Below are positions 39,700-51,267 of a DNA stretch of 64,000 nucleotides, one piece after another. Position 1 is the first letter of the stretch. Every line of letters begins with the position of its first letter. This DNA comes from Eledone cirrhosa (taxonomy: Eukaryota): assembly GCA_964016885.1 (NCBI GenBank), contig OZ024741.1, positions 20,956,001 to 21,020,000 of the forward strand, in the 5' to 3' direction. The notes below the pieces were generated by a model, which searched no databases, was not told the origin of the DNA, and worked only from the letters and a program-made list of their open reading frames with translations. Made by a program: the position numbers and the translations under genes.

Positions 39700-40911
39700 T
39701 TGAATTAGTATGGTATAGACAAGTACATATGTTGTTTAGGTGTATGATATTGTCAATACTCTGATATGCCCAGTTCCTTGTTGGGTTGTTAATTCACTGG
39801 GGAACTGGAGTCATATGAATTCAAACAAACGAATTTTCGTGTCACAGGTCCCCTTCTCCTCTCATTGGTCAGATATTAGAACATTCCTCATTCTAAGTGT
39901 TATTGTTGGAGTTAGCTTAAAAATTGATAAAATGGTAGAAGGGACAAGGTGTTAAAGGAACAAAATAACAAAAAAAGTGTCAAACTTCCCATTGTTCAGT
40001 TCTGAGAGCATTCCTCAGTCAGAAGTCTATAGAATTCTTTCTGGGGTGAGGCTCCCTGTAGTGTTTTTGCCTGCTATTGTTCAGTACATTTGACCTCCAC
40101 CATTATTTTGGTACTGTTGTTGTTGTAGTGGTCAGCTTATATCTTGCTGCTGCTAACAATTTAGAAGTATCCAGTTTCTGTTTTCTCTTCATCCCTCCCG
40201 CCACCATCGTAGTGGTGGTGGTGTTGGTGGTGGTGGGGGGGGGGGTTATTTCATGTATATGAAGAAATATAAGGCAATAAATGAAGAAAACAGAAAATAA
40301 ATAAATAATATAATAAAATAAAATAATTAATATAATTTGTGTAATTTGAAAATAAATAAATAAATAGAGAATAAAGAATAAAGAGTAAATGAGAGATTGG
40401 TGAAAAAGTAATGATAATGTATATGGAGAAGTGAGAAATAATGTAGGATAAAGTGTGTGTGTGTGTGTGCTATAACCAATTTCAAGGTCAGAATATGTTG
40501 GATAGATTGGTATGATACAAGATGTTAAGATGAGATATTCAATGTGTTTGTGTTATAATCTATCTCAACTTAAAATAAATATAAGGTGATACAGTGAAGA
40601 GGGCAGAAAACAAATAACAAATTAATAAAGAGAAATCAAGATTTAAGATTGGAACTTGAAAGTCAGAAATCTGGTAAATTAAAAGTGTTTGTGTTATAGA
40701 TGTTGGCCAAATTATTATGGCTGTGTCCGATTCTATCTCTAGGCTATCATGGTGTCTGCTCCGCCTGGGTTGTTCCCTATGGCTTGAGGGGAGTTCACAA
40801 CCTAGGGTGTTGTTATTGCCCATATAGCTTGAGGGAGGTCTGGCCGAGAGGTGTTTTCATGTTCTGTAGAAGTCCCTATAGCTTGAGGGGAGTTCACATC
40901 TTCTTGTGTTG

Positions 40912-43587
40912 CTACTGTCCATATATTTTGAGAAAGGTCCCGGCTCTAAGGTGTCTGCATGTCCCGAAGAAGTCGGTTCTGAGGTTTATCAGGCCGCTTC
41001 CACCTCTTAGTATCTCGAGGGTCTCGTTCAGGCATAGTTTGCATATGCAAGATCCCCCTTTATCGGGTGGTACTTTCCTGATTATGTACCAGGCCAGAGA
41101 GTATGGGGTCCTGTCCAGCTTAAGCTTCCAGATCAGGTCGGAGAGAGCTGTGCTTTTCCTTTTGGCCTCCTTCTTGAATGAATGGCGATGGTTGTACCAG
41201 CGGTCCTTAAAGCTCGTTGATGTGGCTCCTATGTAGAGGTGTTCGGAGTTGGGGGTTTTAACCCTACAACCGTACACTATGTTCTTCTTGAAACATTCAT
41301 TACCAAGGGGGCATGATTCGGGGTTTCTACAGTTGCAGAGGGTGGTCGGCCTCTGCGTGCCTAGATTAGGGTTCTCATTATGTGTTATATGTTGGTCTTC
41401 CCCCATGCTCGGTGGGGGGTCCTTGGGTCTGTTTGTGTTTCTTGGGTGGGCTCTGGGTCCCCCCTTCCCTCCTTTCACATGGTTCTGCTGAGTGTTTGTA
41501 TTGCCATCTTCTGGTTGTGTGTGGTTTTTAAGCCTACTTCTGTTGATGCTAGCTATGTGTTGGGCCAAATTTCTCGTGGTGGAATACGAGAGCTTCACAG
41601 TGTGTCTGTTGAAGATCCTGTGGTATCTGTGGTCCCTCGGGAAGCATTTTTCAAGTGCTCCAAAGAATAATCGGGCCAAGTTTTTCTTTAGGGCCGCTGA
41701 GTAGGGTGGGTTGTACCACGTGATTTGTCTGTGTCTCCTCCTATATGTGTGGGTTGGGGGCTTCGTGATTTGTTGGAGATTTGTTGGTTTGCTGGTGGTT
41801 TCCGCACTGTTGCTTCCCTTTTGGGCTCTATACTTTTTGTTATCTTCGCGGCCCGGATTTGTGGGGTGGTTGTTGTCCGCCCCGCGAGATCCATCGTGGG
41901 GTGGTCGCCCGTTCCCCCCCCACGTGTCCTGCGGTTGGGGTTGTCCGTCCTGGGGTAGTTAGCATCACGCCTGAGACTGCTACTCATATTGCGCTCCATC
42001 TCGTGGTCAAGCGCACTAGTCCCCACCGCCCGTGTGGTGGTGTCTGGTACATGGTGCCTATTTGATTCTGCTCTGCCTGTATTGTTAGGGTTCGCCCTCC
42101 CCCCTCTGGCAACGCGGTTGTGGGTGTCTGTTGGGCTATCCACCTCCCGGCTTTTCGGACTATATGTTATATTTTGTCCATGTGCCGCCTTCATTAGAGC
42201 TGCGTTGTAATATTCCGCGTGGTTGTTGAATATTTCCTTACTTGCGGACAAGCTGGAGATCCTGTCCGAGACACTCTTCACCACTGCCTTGGTTATGGAT
42301 CTAGGGTGGTTTGATTTGGCGTTAACATATACTAGTTTCTCGTTGGGCTTGTGGTAGGGGTAGTATTGCTCGGTGTTCAGGTTTAGGGTGGTGTCTAGGA
42401 AGTTAACTACCTTCCTATTTGGGTCTATTTCTATGCTGAGCCCCTGGTTCTTAAAGAAGTGGCGAATACGCCTCCTCATACCCTCCAACATATTGGTGCT
42501 GTGGTCATGTACTGTGAATAGAGCATCGTCACGATATAATCCGCCGCCCAGGCAGGGGATTTCATCTTTTATCTGCTTCAACAGGTAGAGCCCAACCAGG
42601 TCCGTTACCTGCGCTGAGTCGCTGGAGCCCATCGTGATGTCAAAGTTATTTGGCCAATCACTCCTGGTCCAAAGGTCTCCATCAAAGCGGATTAAGGTCT
42701 TTTTTGCAGCGTGGATGATGCTCACCTCCTCTCGGGTTAGGTCCGTATTGGACATCGCTAAAAATAGGGCCTTATTAAGTACTATGGGTGAGATTGAGGA
42801 GTAGTAGCTTGCGATGTCCAGTTGTATAAAGCTGGTCCTACTTTTCTCATGCAGTATTTTGAACCATTCTATTACTTCCCTTGTGCATGACCATTGCTGT
42901 AATTTGGTTTACTTCCGAAGCTTGGGCAAGATCCTATCCAGTATTCTTTTACTGACGATCCCTAGGTCAGATCTGGAGGGGGCTATTAGTCTGACAGGGA
43001 GGTCGGACTCAAAGTTTGACTTGTGGTCTTTAAGGGTAATCCGCGGCTCCCTTGGTTGGTATGGGGCCGTCCTGTCCTCTATGCCGATTCTGGATATAAT
43101 CCTGTAAGCTGTGGCATTGATCTCATCCAGGGTAAATCCAGGTGTTTTTGTAGCACTTCCTCAGTTCCCTGAGGATTAGCTTATTGTACAGTTCAGTGTT
43201 CATGTTGTAGAGGTTGTTTGTTTTGTCAGCATGGACAAGTATTCCAGTTGTCCCTTTAAGTACTGTAATCCGGTTTCTCATGTGTCTGAGGTACTCCTGA
43301 CTTCTGGTTGGGTTTCCGGAGAATTTGAGGTTGGATATGATGTTAACCATCTCGTTTTCAAACTCCTCCATTAGTCTGTTGTGGGGGGGGGGGTTCCTCC
43401 GTGATCGAAAAAGGTACTCCATGTTTTCTGTGTTTGTAGTTTTCTGCGTTCCTCTTTCGAAGTGGAACGCCTTCCATCTCATCCTACGGATGAGGGAGTC
43501 CGTACTCTTGATGAGATCACTGGTGTATTCTCGTTTATCAGGTAGGGGGATGTCCTTCAGTGACGCTAAGGTTGCCAGTTTATCCAT
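40912..43587 (-). pseudogene. Penelope-like RT + GIY-YIG polyprotein (about two frameshifts and one stop)
   Basis: RRMRWKAFHF, ADKTNNLY, ITLKDHK, LDIASYY, TMGS, GLYRDD, VNFLD, WYNPPYS, CNCRNPESCPLGNEC, NIVY...YIGAT...FKDRWYNH, CKLC, CRH. Frameshifts near 43148 and upstream of 41735; TAA near 42910. Confidence 0.92.
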
Positions 43588-43789
43588 AGTGACTTAGGTC
43601 CGCTACTGTTTGAAGCGCTCAACCCGTGTGGGAGCTAGATAGATTTTGAGTTTATGTTGGTTGTATACCAACACGTCAGTATGCAGGCTGGAGCACTCGA
43701 CGAAGTGCGCAGGTTGGTTTGGTTACTCCGGAGTAGTGTAAAATAAAGTTAAATAAAAGTCAAATGATTAAAATTTAGCTTCGTTTATT

Positions 43790-43844
43790 ACTGCTATATA
43801 TATTTCAGTGACAGCCATCTTTGGCTGTGACCTCTTCAGGCAGT
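43790..43844 (-). ncRNA. Hammerhead ribozyme in the 5' pseudo-LTR
   Basis: Identical to 39645-39699. Confidence 0.85.
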
Positions 43845-43978
43845 TTGAATTAGTATGGTATAGACAAGTACACAAGGTGTTGGTATACAACCAACATAAA
43901 CTCAATATATATATATATATATATAAAATGCACCTTACGCATCAAAAACACAGAGCTGGCATAGCTAAGAACTGACTA

Positions 43979-44034
43979 ACTGCCTGATGAGGTCATAGCC
44001 ATTCAATGGCTATCATCGAAATATATATAGCAGT
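43979..44034 (+). ncRNA. Hammerhead ribozyme of a related PLE family, opposite strand
   Basis: ACTGC-CTGATGA-GGTCATAGCCATTCAATGGCTATCATC-GAAA-TATATATA-GCAGT. Confidence 0.85.
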
Positions 44035-44202
44035 AAATAAAGGATTATGAGTTCATGCAATAGCATGGAAAATATATTTTAGGGTTTGTTTTTCTTTTTT
44101 TCCTGTCTTTGATTCGTCAAAGTGACATAAAGATGACATTATTGAAAAAATGAGAGTGACAATTCTTTTAAGAAGTTTTATAATGTATATAAAGTATATA
44201 AA

Positions 44203-44248
44203 GCATTACTGGTTTCGATGTATTATTAAAATTTATCTTATCAAATGT
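44203..44248 (-). ncRNA. Minimal hammerhead ribozyme, U3-A8 core variant
   Basis: Minus strand reads CAT-TTGATAA-GAT...ATC-GAAA-CCAG-TA-ATG. Confidence 0.62.
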
Positions 44249-44956
44249 TGAGTATTACAATTAAAAATAATGAATTAATAGGAATTAAAAACTAAAAATT
44301 AAAGATTTAAAGTTAAGTGTTGGAGTAAGTTTTTTCCCATCTTCCTTGCTCAGGAAAAGAATGACTTCACTTGTAGTTCTAAACAATTTGATTTAATTTT
44401 ATCATATTATAATTTTACAATTTGGTTTTGTAGATCTAGTAAGTTCTTTGTTAACTTCGTTGGAGAGATTTTTAAAGATTCCTGGTTAACTTTCCTGGAG
44501 AACTTTCTCGCATTCATCGGTGGTGATTGTCAAACTGAGATCAGGTTGTGTTGTGATGTGTGACTCTATATATAAGAGAGATTTGGATGTGTCTGGGGGT
44601 GGGGTTGTTAATGAGTGTGGCAGTGAAGGAATGTTGATGAGGATTTAAAGGAATTAAAGCATATGTATATATATATAATGGAATAGAATGAAATGAAATT
44701 TCATTTCTCACTCTTAGTATGGCACTTACTTAAATGTAAGTATGTATGTATACGTACATACATATATGCATACAGACGTACAGCAGCATGTATATATATA
44801 TATATACAGGCACACATATATATATGTACGTATCAGTTTAGCGAACATTTATTATAATGCTCGCTTTGTCCGTTTGTAAACAAACGGACAGCCTGATTTA
44901 TGCCGTACGGTGTTAAGGCAACCACGTCACCTTTTTGTTCAACACTGACACAGGAA

Positions 44957-44997
44957 CGATGTACTAGTTTCAAGCTTGTTAGCTATCGTCAGCACCG
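44957..44997 (-). ncRNA. Minimal hammerhead ribozyme
   Basis: Minus strand reads CGGTG-CTGACGA-TAGCTAACAAGCTT-GAAA-CTAG-TA-CATCG. Confidence 0.85.
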
Positions 44998-45232
44998 TAT
45001 ACCCTTCTGCTAGATGGTTGAACGTTCCAAAGTATATACTTTCCTTATGAAAATTAACGGCTGAGCAGCCTAATTTGTATATCGAGTGAGTTCAGTCGGC
45101 CAGGCGCACCGAAAACGATAAAATGGAATAGAATGAAATGAAATTTCATTTCTCACTCTTAGTACGGCACTTACTTAAATGTAAGTATGTATGTATACGT
45201 ACATACATATATGCATACAGACGTACAGCAGC

Positions 45233-45276
<44 letters not shown>

Positions 45277-45622
45277 GTATCAGTTTAGCGAACATTTATT
45301 ATAATGCTCGCTTTGTCCGTTTGTAAAGAAACGGACAGCCTGATTTATGCCGTACGGTGTTAAGGCAACCACGTCACTTTTTTTTTTTTTTTTTTTTGTC
45401 TGTATGCATATATGTATGTACGTATACATACATACTTACATTTAAGTAAGTGTCGTACTAAGAGTGAGAAATGAAATTTCATTTCATTCTATTCCATTTT
45501 ATCGTTTTCGGTGCGCCTGGCCGACTGAACTCACTCGATATACAAATTAGGCTGCTCAGCCGTTAATTTTCATAAGGAAAGTATATACTTTGGAACGTTC
45601 AACCATCTGGCAGAAGGGTATA

Positions 45623-45663
45623 CGGTGCTGACGATAGCTAACAAGCTTGAAACTAGTACATCG
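45623..45663 (+). ncRNA. Minimal hammerhead ribozyme (inverted copy)
   Basis: CGGTG-CTGACGA-TAGCTAACAAGCTT-GAAA-CTAG-TA-CATCG. Palindromic stem III ACTAGT. Confidence 0.85.
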
Positions 45664-45821
45664 TTCCTGTGTCAGTGTTGAACAAAAAGGTGACGTGGTT
45701 GCCTTAACACCGTACGGCATAAATCAGGCTGTCCGTTTGTTTACAAACGGACAAAGCGAGCATTATAATAAATGTTCGCTAAACTGATACGTACATATAT
45801 ATATGTGTGCCTGTATGTATG

Positions 45822-45926
<105 letters not shown>

Positions 45927-46329
45927 GCTGCTGTACGTCTGTATGCATATATGCATGTACGTATACATACACACTTATATATATATATATATATTAATAA
46001 AAGGAATTCCAACTTTGTTTGATTTACTCGTTTTATTTACAATCCTTTAAAATTTATAATGGTATTAGAATGAAATAGTATGGTAGAATATTAAATGTTA
46101 AGTGTTAATTGAACAAGTACTTTCATGCTTTCGCAATCTTCGGGTTCATATTGTGTGGTGACAGTCAAGTTTGCAATTTTCAACTGTATACATACAGAAA
46201 ATAGGGAATGGTAACAGCAAGATAATTGATTGGGAGTGGTGTCGGTTTGTTTAAGGAGTGTTTAAGAAAGGGATTGTAAAAGTGCGCTCCTGCTGGTTCC
46301 ATTTCAATAGATGACCTTTGAGGAATATA

Positions 46330-46516
46330 ATTGTTTCTACTTTTGGCACAAGGCCAGCAATTTCCCAGTGTATTACTGGTACTTTATTTTATCGACCCCG
46401 TAAGGATGAAAGGCAAAGTTAACCTCGGCGGGATTTGAACTCAGAATGGCAAGGGCCGTAACTCTATGCGTCAAAGCATGGCGTCCGACCCTCTACCGAT
46501 ACTGCCAATTCACTAA
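46330..46516 (-). mobile_element. tRNA-derived SINE with an 18-bp TSD
   Basis: Reverse complement of the 25371 family. ACCTTTGAGGAATATAAT at 46314-46331 and 46517-46534. Confidence 0.9.
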
Positions 46517-46951
46517 ACCTTTGAGGAATATAATGGCAGGATATTTTTCAAATTCTTTTCTTATAGCTGAATCAACTCTCTTAAATTTATAAAGAATACC
46601 TTCAACAATTTTCTATATTAAAGATGAATTTAGGTGTGTGTCTGGTGGTGGGGGTTAATGAGGTGTAAGATACATGTCTTTTGATAAGAATGAGATGACA
46701 GCAAAGAGAAGAATAAGGATAGTTTTGGAATATTTGTCTGAAATGTATGCTGCTATTATTGGTTGGGAGGGGGAAGTGTAGGGGTGACATGCTAGCTCAC
46801 ATATTTACTTCCCTACATGTAATCATACTTACAGCCCATAATCATATACATATATACACACACACATACACACACATATAAATATATATATAAATGTATA
46901 CACACAAATATATATATACACACACACACATACACATATCTACACTACAAA

Positions 46952-46991
<40 letters not shown>

Positions 46992-47164
46992 CACGCACAG
47001 ACATGCATACACATACTTGTACACCTACAGACATACATACATACACATTTACACACACATATGTATACACATCTACTCAAGTATTTAAGTTTACATATAG
47101 ATTGGGGTGGAGAAGGAGAAATTAATGAAATGGTAGTGTACCTCCGAGGGTTGTTCTTCTCTTC

Positions 47165-47428
47165 AACAATCGAATTTTTGAAGTACCAAAACCGACAGAT
47201 TTAAAATTACGTCCAATTGTTGCTGGTCCAGCCTCAAGCATACAACGTCTAAGCAACCTATTAGACATCATACTGAAACCCATATGTAAAAAAGTGCCAA
47301 GCTTCATCAGAAATGATATGGAATTCCTGAACTATATCCCCCAGAAAGTACACCAAGAAACAATCTTAGTCAGCTTTGATGTAACAAGCTTATATACTAA
47401 CATCCCACACGACTTAAGAATTGAAGCT
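47165..47428 (+). pseudogene. Penelope-like RT internal fragment
   Basis: Translates as DLKLRPIVAGPASSIQRLSNLLDIILKP...FIRNDMEFL...ILVSFDVTSLYTNIPHDL. Confidence 0.85.
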
Positions 47429-47535
47429 GAGTATACTGTAGCAACGTGAAATGAAGTGACACACAACCCAGCCCAGCAATCGAACCCACGACATTACGAT
47501 CGGAAGTCCAACACCCCTACCACCAGGCCATGTGC
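47425..47535 (-). mobile_element. Decayed tRNA-derived SINE head (second family)
   Basis: Minus strand has A-box-like TGGCCTGGTGGTAGG and B box GGTTCGATTGC. Confidence 0.6.
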
Positions 47536-47599
47536 CTCCACTGCTTGTATGATGCAGATTTATGTTTACTGTTTGTTTATGTCCCATAACGTAGCAGTT

Positions 47600-47742
47600 C
47601 GTCCAGAAAAGATTGATAAAATAAGTATCTGACGTGAAAGAAAAAATAAGTACTGAGGTCGAATTCATCGATTAAATCCCTTTAAGGTGGTGCTCCAGCA
47701 TGGCCGCAGTCAAATAACTGGAATCAGTAAAAAAGTAAAAGG
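47600..47742 (+). mobile_element. Decayed SINE 3' part
   Basis: GATAAAATAAGTA...GTACTGAGGTCGA...GGTGCTCCAGCATGGCCGCAGTC...AGTAAAA. Shares the GATAAAATAAGTA core with the other SINEs and is recalled as a common octopus repeat. Confidence 0.55.
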
Positions 47743-48199
47743 AGGAAGAAAAACAACAACAATATAAAATATATCAACTGTTCTGTTTAACTGTATAAAT
47801 AGGATATAGAGAGAAAACGAAAGTTGAAATAACTGACAATTGCAACACGATCTTTTCAGCTTCCAATCTTCAGTCTAAAGATTATTACATACTTTAATGT
47901 TTCCTGTTTAATTATTTCCCTCCTCCCCTCTTTTTCATCAGTCAGTACTGACAACTTCAAAATGACTGGTAGCTTCTCTCTAATATACTGAGAAATTCAG
48001 ACTGCCAAGAAGCAAGAATTTTCATTTGCAACAGTTACCATGCAGAAGCTGTGAAACAATCTACATGCTCCCCATGCACATTTAACGTTAAAATAAACAC
48101 TCAAGTTATCGTGACATTTCATGCAAAAATCCATTCACCATATGCCAGCCGGTGTGTCTATCAAATCTTTCTGACCCAATTATCAGATTATCAAATTTG

Positions 48200-48745
48200 T
48201 ACTCTCGGCTCCCAAATAATTGTTTCTACTTTTGGCACAAGGCCAGCAATTACCCAGTACATTACTGATACTTTATTTTATCGACCACGTAAGGATGAAA
48301 GGCAAAGTTAACCTCAACCGGATTTGAACTCAGACCGTAAAGTGACGTAACTATGCTAGAAAGCATAGAGTCCAACCCTCTACCGATATAATAGTAGGAG
48401 GGAAGGGGTGAAACAAGCACGAGAATTGGAATAAGCGGGGCGGGGGAAATAGGTAATTCTTTAGGTTGTCTCCGCTGATTTTAAAAAAAAAACAGAAATA
48501 GTCATTTAGTTTACATCCTATTTATTTTATAACGTATGAGGTTTTTAGTAATGTTCTTTTTTTTTGTCATGTATATGTTTTTTAATGTCTAAAGAAAATC
48601 AACTTAAAATAAAATTTCGCCGGAGATAGATTAGCAAAATCTAATAAGCGGGGAGCGTGTGGAATAAGAGTGATGGGGGTTGGAAAAAAAAAACTGAAAA
48701 ACTAATAAGCGGAAGTGGGGAACAGTTATTCGAACCCCGAGAATA
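48200..48745. mobile_element. Putative MITE with internal AATAAGCGG repeats, interrupted by a SINE
   Basis: Imperfect TIRs TACTCTCGGCTCCCAAATAA and TTATTCGAACCCCGAGAATA. AATAAGCGG occurs three times inside. Confidence 0.5.
48218..48387 (-). mobile_element. tRNA-derived SINE, slightly 5'-truncated
   Basis: Reverse complement of the 25371 family, with a short ATAAT duplication. Confidence 0.88.
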
Positions 48746-48789
48746 AAAACCCAGTGTCCTGTTTTATGTTAGTTCATATTAAAGATTAG

Positions 48790-48936
48790 CATGGGCATAG
48801 GGTTAAGAGGTTCGCTTCGCATTCGTGTTGTTCTGGGTTCGATCTTATTGTGAGAACCTAAACAAGTATTTTTTTTACTTCAGCTTCGACTTGACCAACA
48901 CTTTATGCGACTGAATTTATGAGAGGGAAATTCTGC

Positions 48937-48938
<2 letters not shown>
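48790..48938 (+). mobile_element. Decayed tRNA-derived SINE (third family) ending in (TA)n
   Basis: A-box-like TGGGCATAGGGTTAAG and B box GGTTCGATC. Confidence 0.55.
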
Positions 48939-48971
<33 letters not shown>

Positions 48972-49271
48972 ATATATGATTGAATATATATATATACGAT
49001 TGAACGTCTGAAAGTATATGCTTTCCTTATGCATATTAACGCGGCTGAGGAACCTAATTTGCTTATCGAGTGAGTTAGTCGGCCGGGCGCACCGAAAACG
49101 ATAAATGGAAAAAAATTTAAGTATCAGCCGTACTAAGAGTGAGAAATGAAATTTCGTTTCATTCTTTTCCATTTATATATATATATATATATAAAGGAAA
49201 GGAGAGTGCTCTATGTAGGCTAGAGAGCTATTTAGCTATGTAATAAACAATGAGCTCTTCAAATAAAATTT

Positions 49272-49338
49272 CATTCTGAAGAACGATTTCAGACGTCTGT
49301 GTCGAGCTCGTCTGTCTTCGTGAAACCTTTTGTAAATG
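49272..49338 (+). ncRNA. Hammerhead ribozyme within a ~170-bp direct repeat (49193-49362 and 50528-50698)
   Basis: CATT-CTGAAGA-ACGA...CAGACG...CGTCTG...TCGT-GAAA-CCTTTTG-TA-AATG. The second copy at 50607-50673 has a mutated core CTGATAT. Confidence 0.8.
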
Positions 49339-49706
49339 GAATAATTGTCTTATGTTGTTTATTTGGTCATGCCACCAAAAAAATATACGCACTTGTTGGT
49401 TTTCACTTCAATTTAGTATAAACTTCCAGTCGGTTAGTTTAATAAGCAGATGGTTGTTTATTTGTTGATATTTCGACACACATTCTGTGACCTCCTCAGT
49501 GACTACATTTGTTGCTATTTTGTGTCTCTCCTTTGTTCAGTCATAAACTGTCTTGTTTTTGTGAGCTGTATACTTGATCTGTGCATGCGTTATATCCAGG
49601 TTTGTATATAAATATATATTAGCAAATAACCCCATGACAATACGGACATAAACGACAAACAAATGCATTCTCTCCCCCCTCTCTCTCTCTATATATATAT
49701 ATGAAA

Positions 49707-49815
49707 AGATTCAGGACCCCAACCGCTGAGCCCCAGCCATTTCGACAGCTAGATCCTAACAGTTCGGCTCTAGCCGTCGAAACGGCCGGGGCTCAGTCGT
49801 CGGGGTCCTGAATCT
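49707..49815. repeat. 109-bp imperfect GC-rich palindrome
   Basis: AGATTCAGGACCCC...CTGAGCCCC...TTTCGAC.GCTAGA pairs with TCTAGC.GTCGAAA...GGGGCTCAG...GGGGTCCTGAATCT. Confidence 0.9.
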
Positions 49816-49987
49816 GTTCATATTAGCCACTCTACTACCCCAAGTATCGAGTACTTTGGTGGGTTATGGTCCACCTGGTTTTTACCATACGTTAGCTGAT
49901 ATATATATATAATAGGTGGATTCCCGGTGTATATCTGGAGGTGGCCACAGTTAAAAGGGTACTCAATGCGGTAGTAGAGTATGGGCA

Positions 49988-50450
49988 TCTGCTTTACTCC
50001 ATTTTCTATTGTAAAAGGCTCTGAAAGTGGTCCCGAAGAATTAACCCTGGCTTTCATATCTTTGTGCAGGGCTTTTAGAATGTTAACAAATGTTTGAGGC
50101 CATCCAAATTTGAGCAAAACCAGCTACAAAGCATTTCTGTTCACGGTATGGGAAGTCTTGCCGAGATCGACAAAGCAATGATAGAGGGTAAGGTTCTGTT
50201 CAATATATTTTTCTTGCAATTGCCTGATTGTGAAGATCATGTCATTGGTGCCCCTGTTTTCACGAAAACCACATTAACACTCTGACACAGCTCCCGGAAC
50301 AATAAAGGCATTTAGACGTTTCAAGAGTATACGGGCCAGAACCTTGCCAACAACTGACAAGAATGAGATAATTCTGAAATTACTACATTGGTCTTTACCA
50401 GCAGACTTTAAAAGAGTTACCAAAACAGCATTAGTCTTGAAACACCTCCT
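49988..50450 (-). pseudogene. RTE-clade LINE reverse transcriptase fragment
   Basis: GFRENRGTNDMIFTIRQLQEKYIEQNLTLYHCFVDL...LKFGWPQTFVNILKALHKDMKARV...SEPFTIENGVKQ. Confidence 0.85.
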
Positions 50451-50701
50451 CCTTCTCCCAATGATGAGTTATTACCATTTGCAAAACATACGAATGAATT
50501 TATATTAAGTGTTTCCGTAGGAAAGGTAAAGGAAAGGAGAGTGCTCTATGTAGGCTACAGAGCTATTTAGCTATGTAATAAACAATGAGCTCTTCAAATA
50601 AAATTTCATTCTGATATACGATTTCAGACGTCTGTGTGGAGCTCGTCTGTCTTCGTGAAACCTTTGGTAAATGGAATAATTGTCTTATGTTGTTTATTAC
50701 A

Positions 50702-50758
<57 letters not shown>

Positions 50759-50843
50759 AAAGTTATATTTAAATTGTTGGGTTAACAACGAGTAAATATT
50801 TATAACTGATATAAAAGCACTCAACAAGTATTTGGAGTATATT

Positions 50844-51227
50844 TATGATATTAAATAAATGGAAACTATATTTATAAAACCATATTTATTTCGTTATATA
50901 TATTTCAGGGATATCATATTAACAATATGTTATGCCATCTTCAGACAAAATACAATATAAACAGTCTTATAAATAAATAGATACGACATACCTTTCAATC
51001 ACCTTGCATTTGGGAGGTTGATTTGGCAGGTTGATTTGGGAGGTTGATCTGCCAAATCAACCTCCCAAATGCAAGGTGATTGAAAGGTATGTCGTATCTA
51101 TTTATTTATAAGACTGTTTATATTGTATTTTGTCTGAAGATGGCATAACATATTGTTAATATGATATCCCTGAAATATATATAACGAAATAAATATGGTT
51201 TATAAATATAGTTTCCATTTATTTAAT

Positions 51228-51233
<6 letters not shown>
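50844..51233. repeat. ~186-bp-arm near-perfect palindrome with a hammerhead in each arm
   Basis: 50844-51029 is the reverse complement of 51049-51233. The 19-bp spacer is made of local duplications. Plus-strand ribozyme at 51129-51189 (TTTGT-CTGAAGA...GAAA-TATATATA-ACGAA), minus-strand copy at 50889-50949. Confidence 0.92.
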
Positions 51234-51262
<29 letters not shown>

Positions 51263-51267
51263 TTATA

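Larger units (their letters stand above)
39593..43905 (-). mobile_element. Near full-length Penelope-like element (Naiad-type) with direct pseudo-LTRs and a short inverted 5' segment, in (TA)n
   Basis: Direct repeats 39593-39726 and 43739-43871. 43877-43905 is the inverse of 43646-43674. ORF encodes RT plus a C-terminal GIY-YIG. (TA)n on both flanks. Confidence 0.9.

Noticed and set aside
43123-43125. TGA as a selenocysteine codon in the Naiad-type ORF
   Set aside because: The homologous reading continues in another frame from an A-run at ~43148, so the TGA is out of frame after a frameshift.
46100-46790. Possible further coding remnant around the SINE at 46330
   Set aside because: No diagnostic motif could be read in any frame.
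49466-49506. Minus-strand CTGAGGA...GAAA hammerhead-like motif
   Set aside because: Core and stem II are plausible but no stem I pairing was found, so at best a decayed copy. Not counted.
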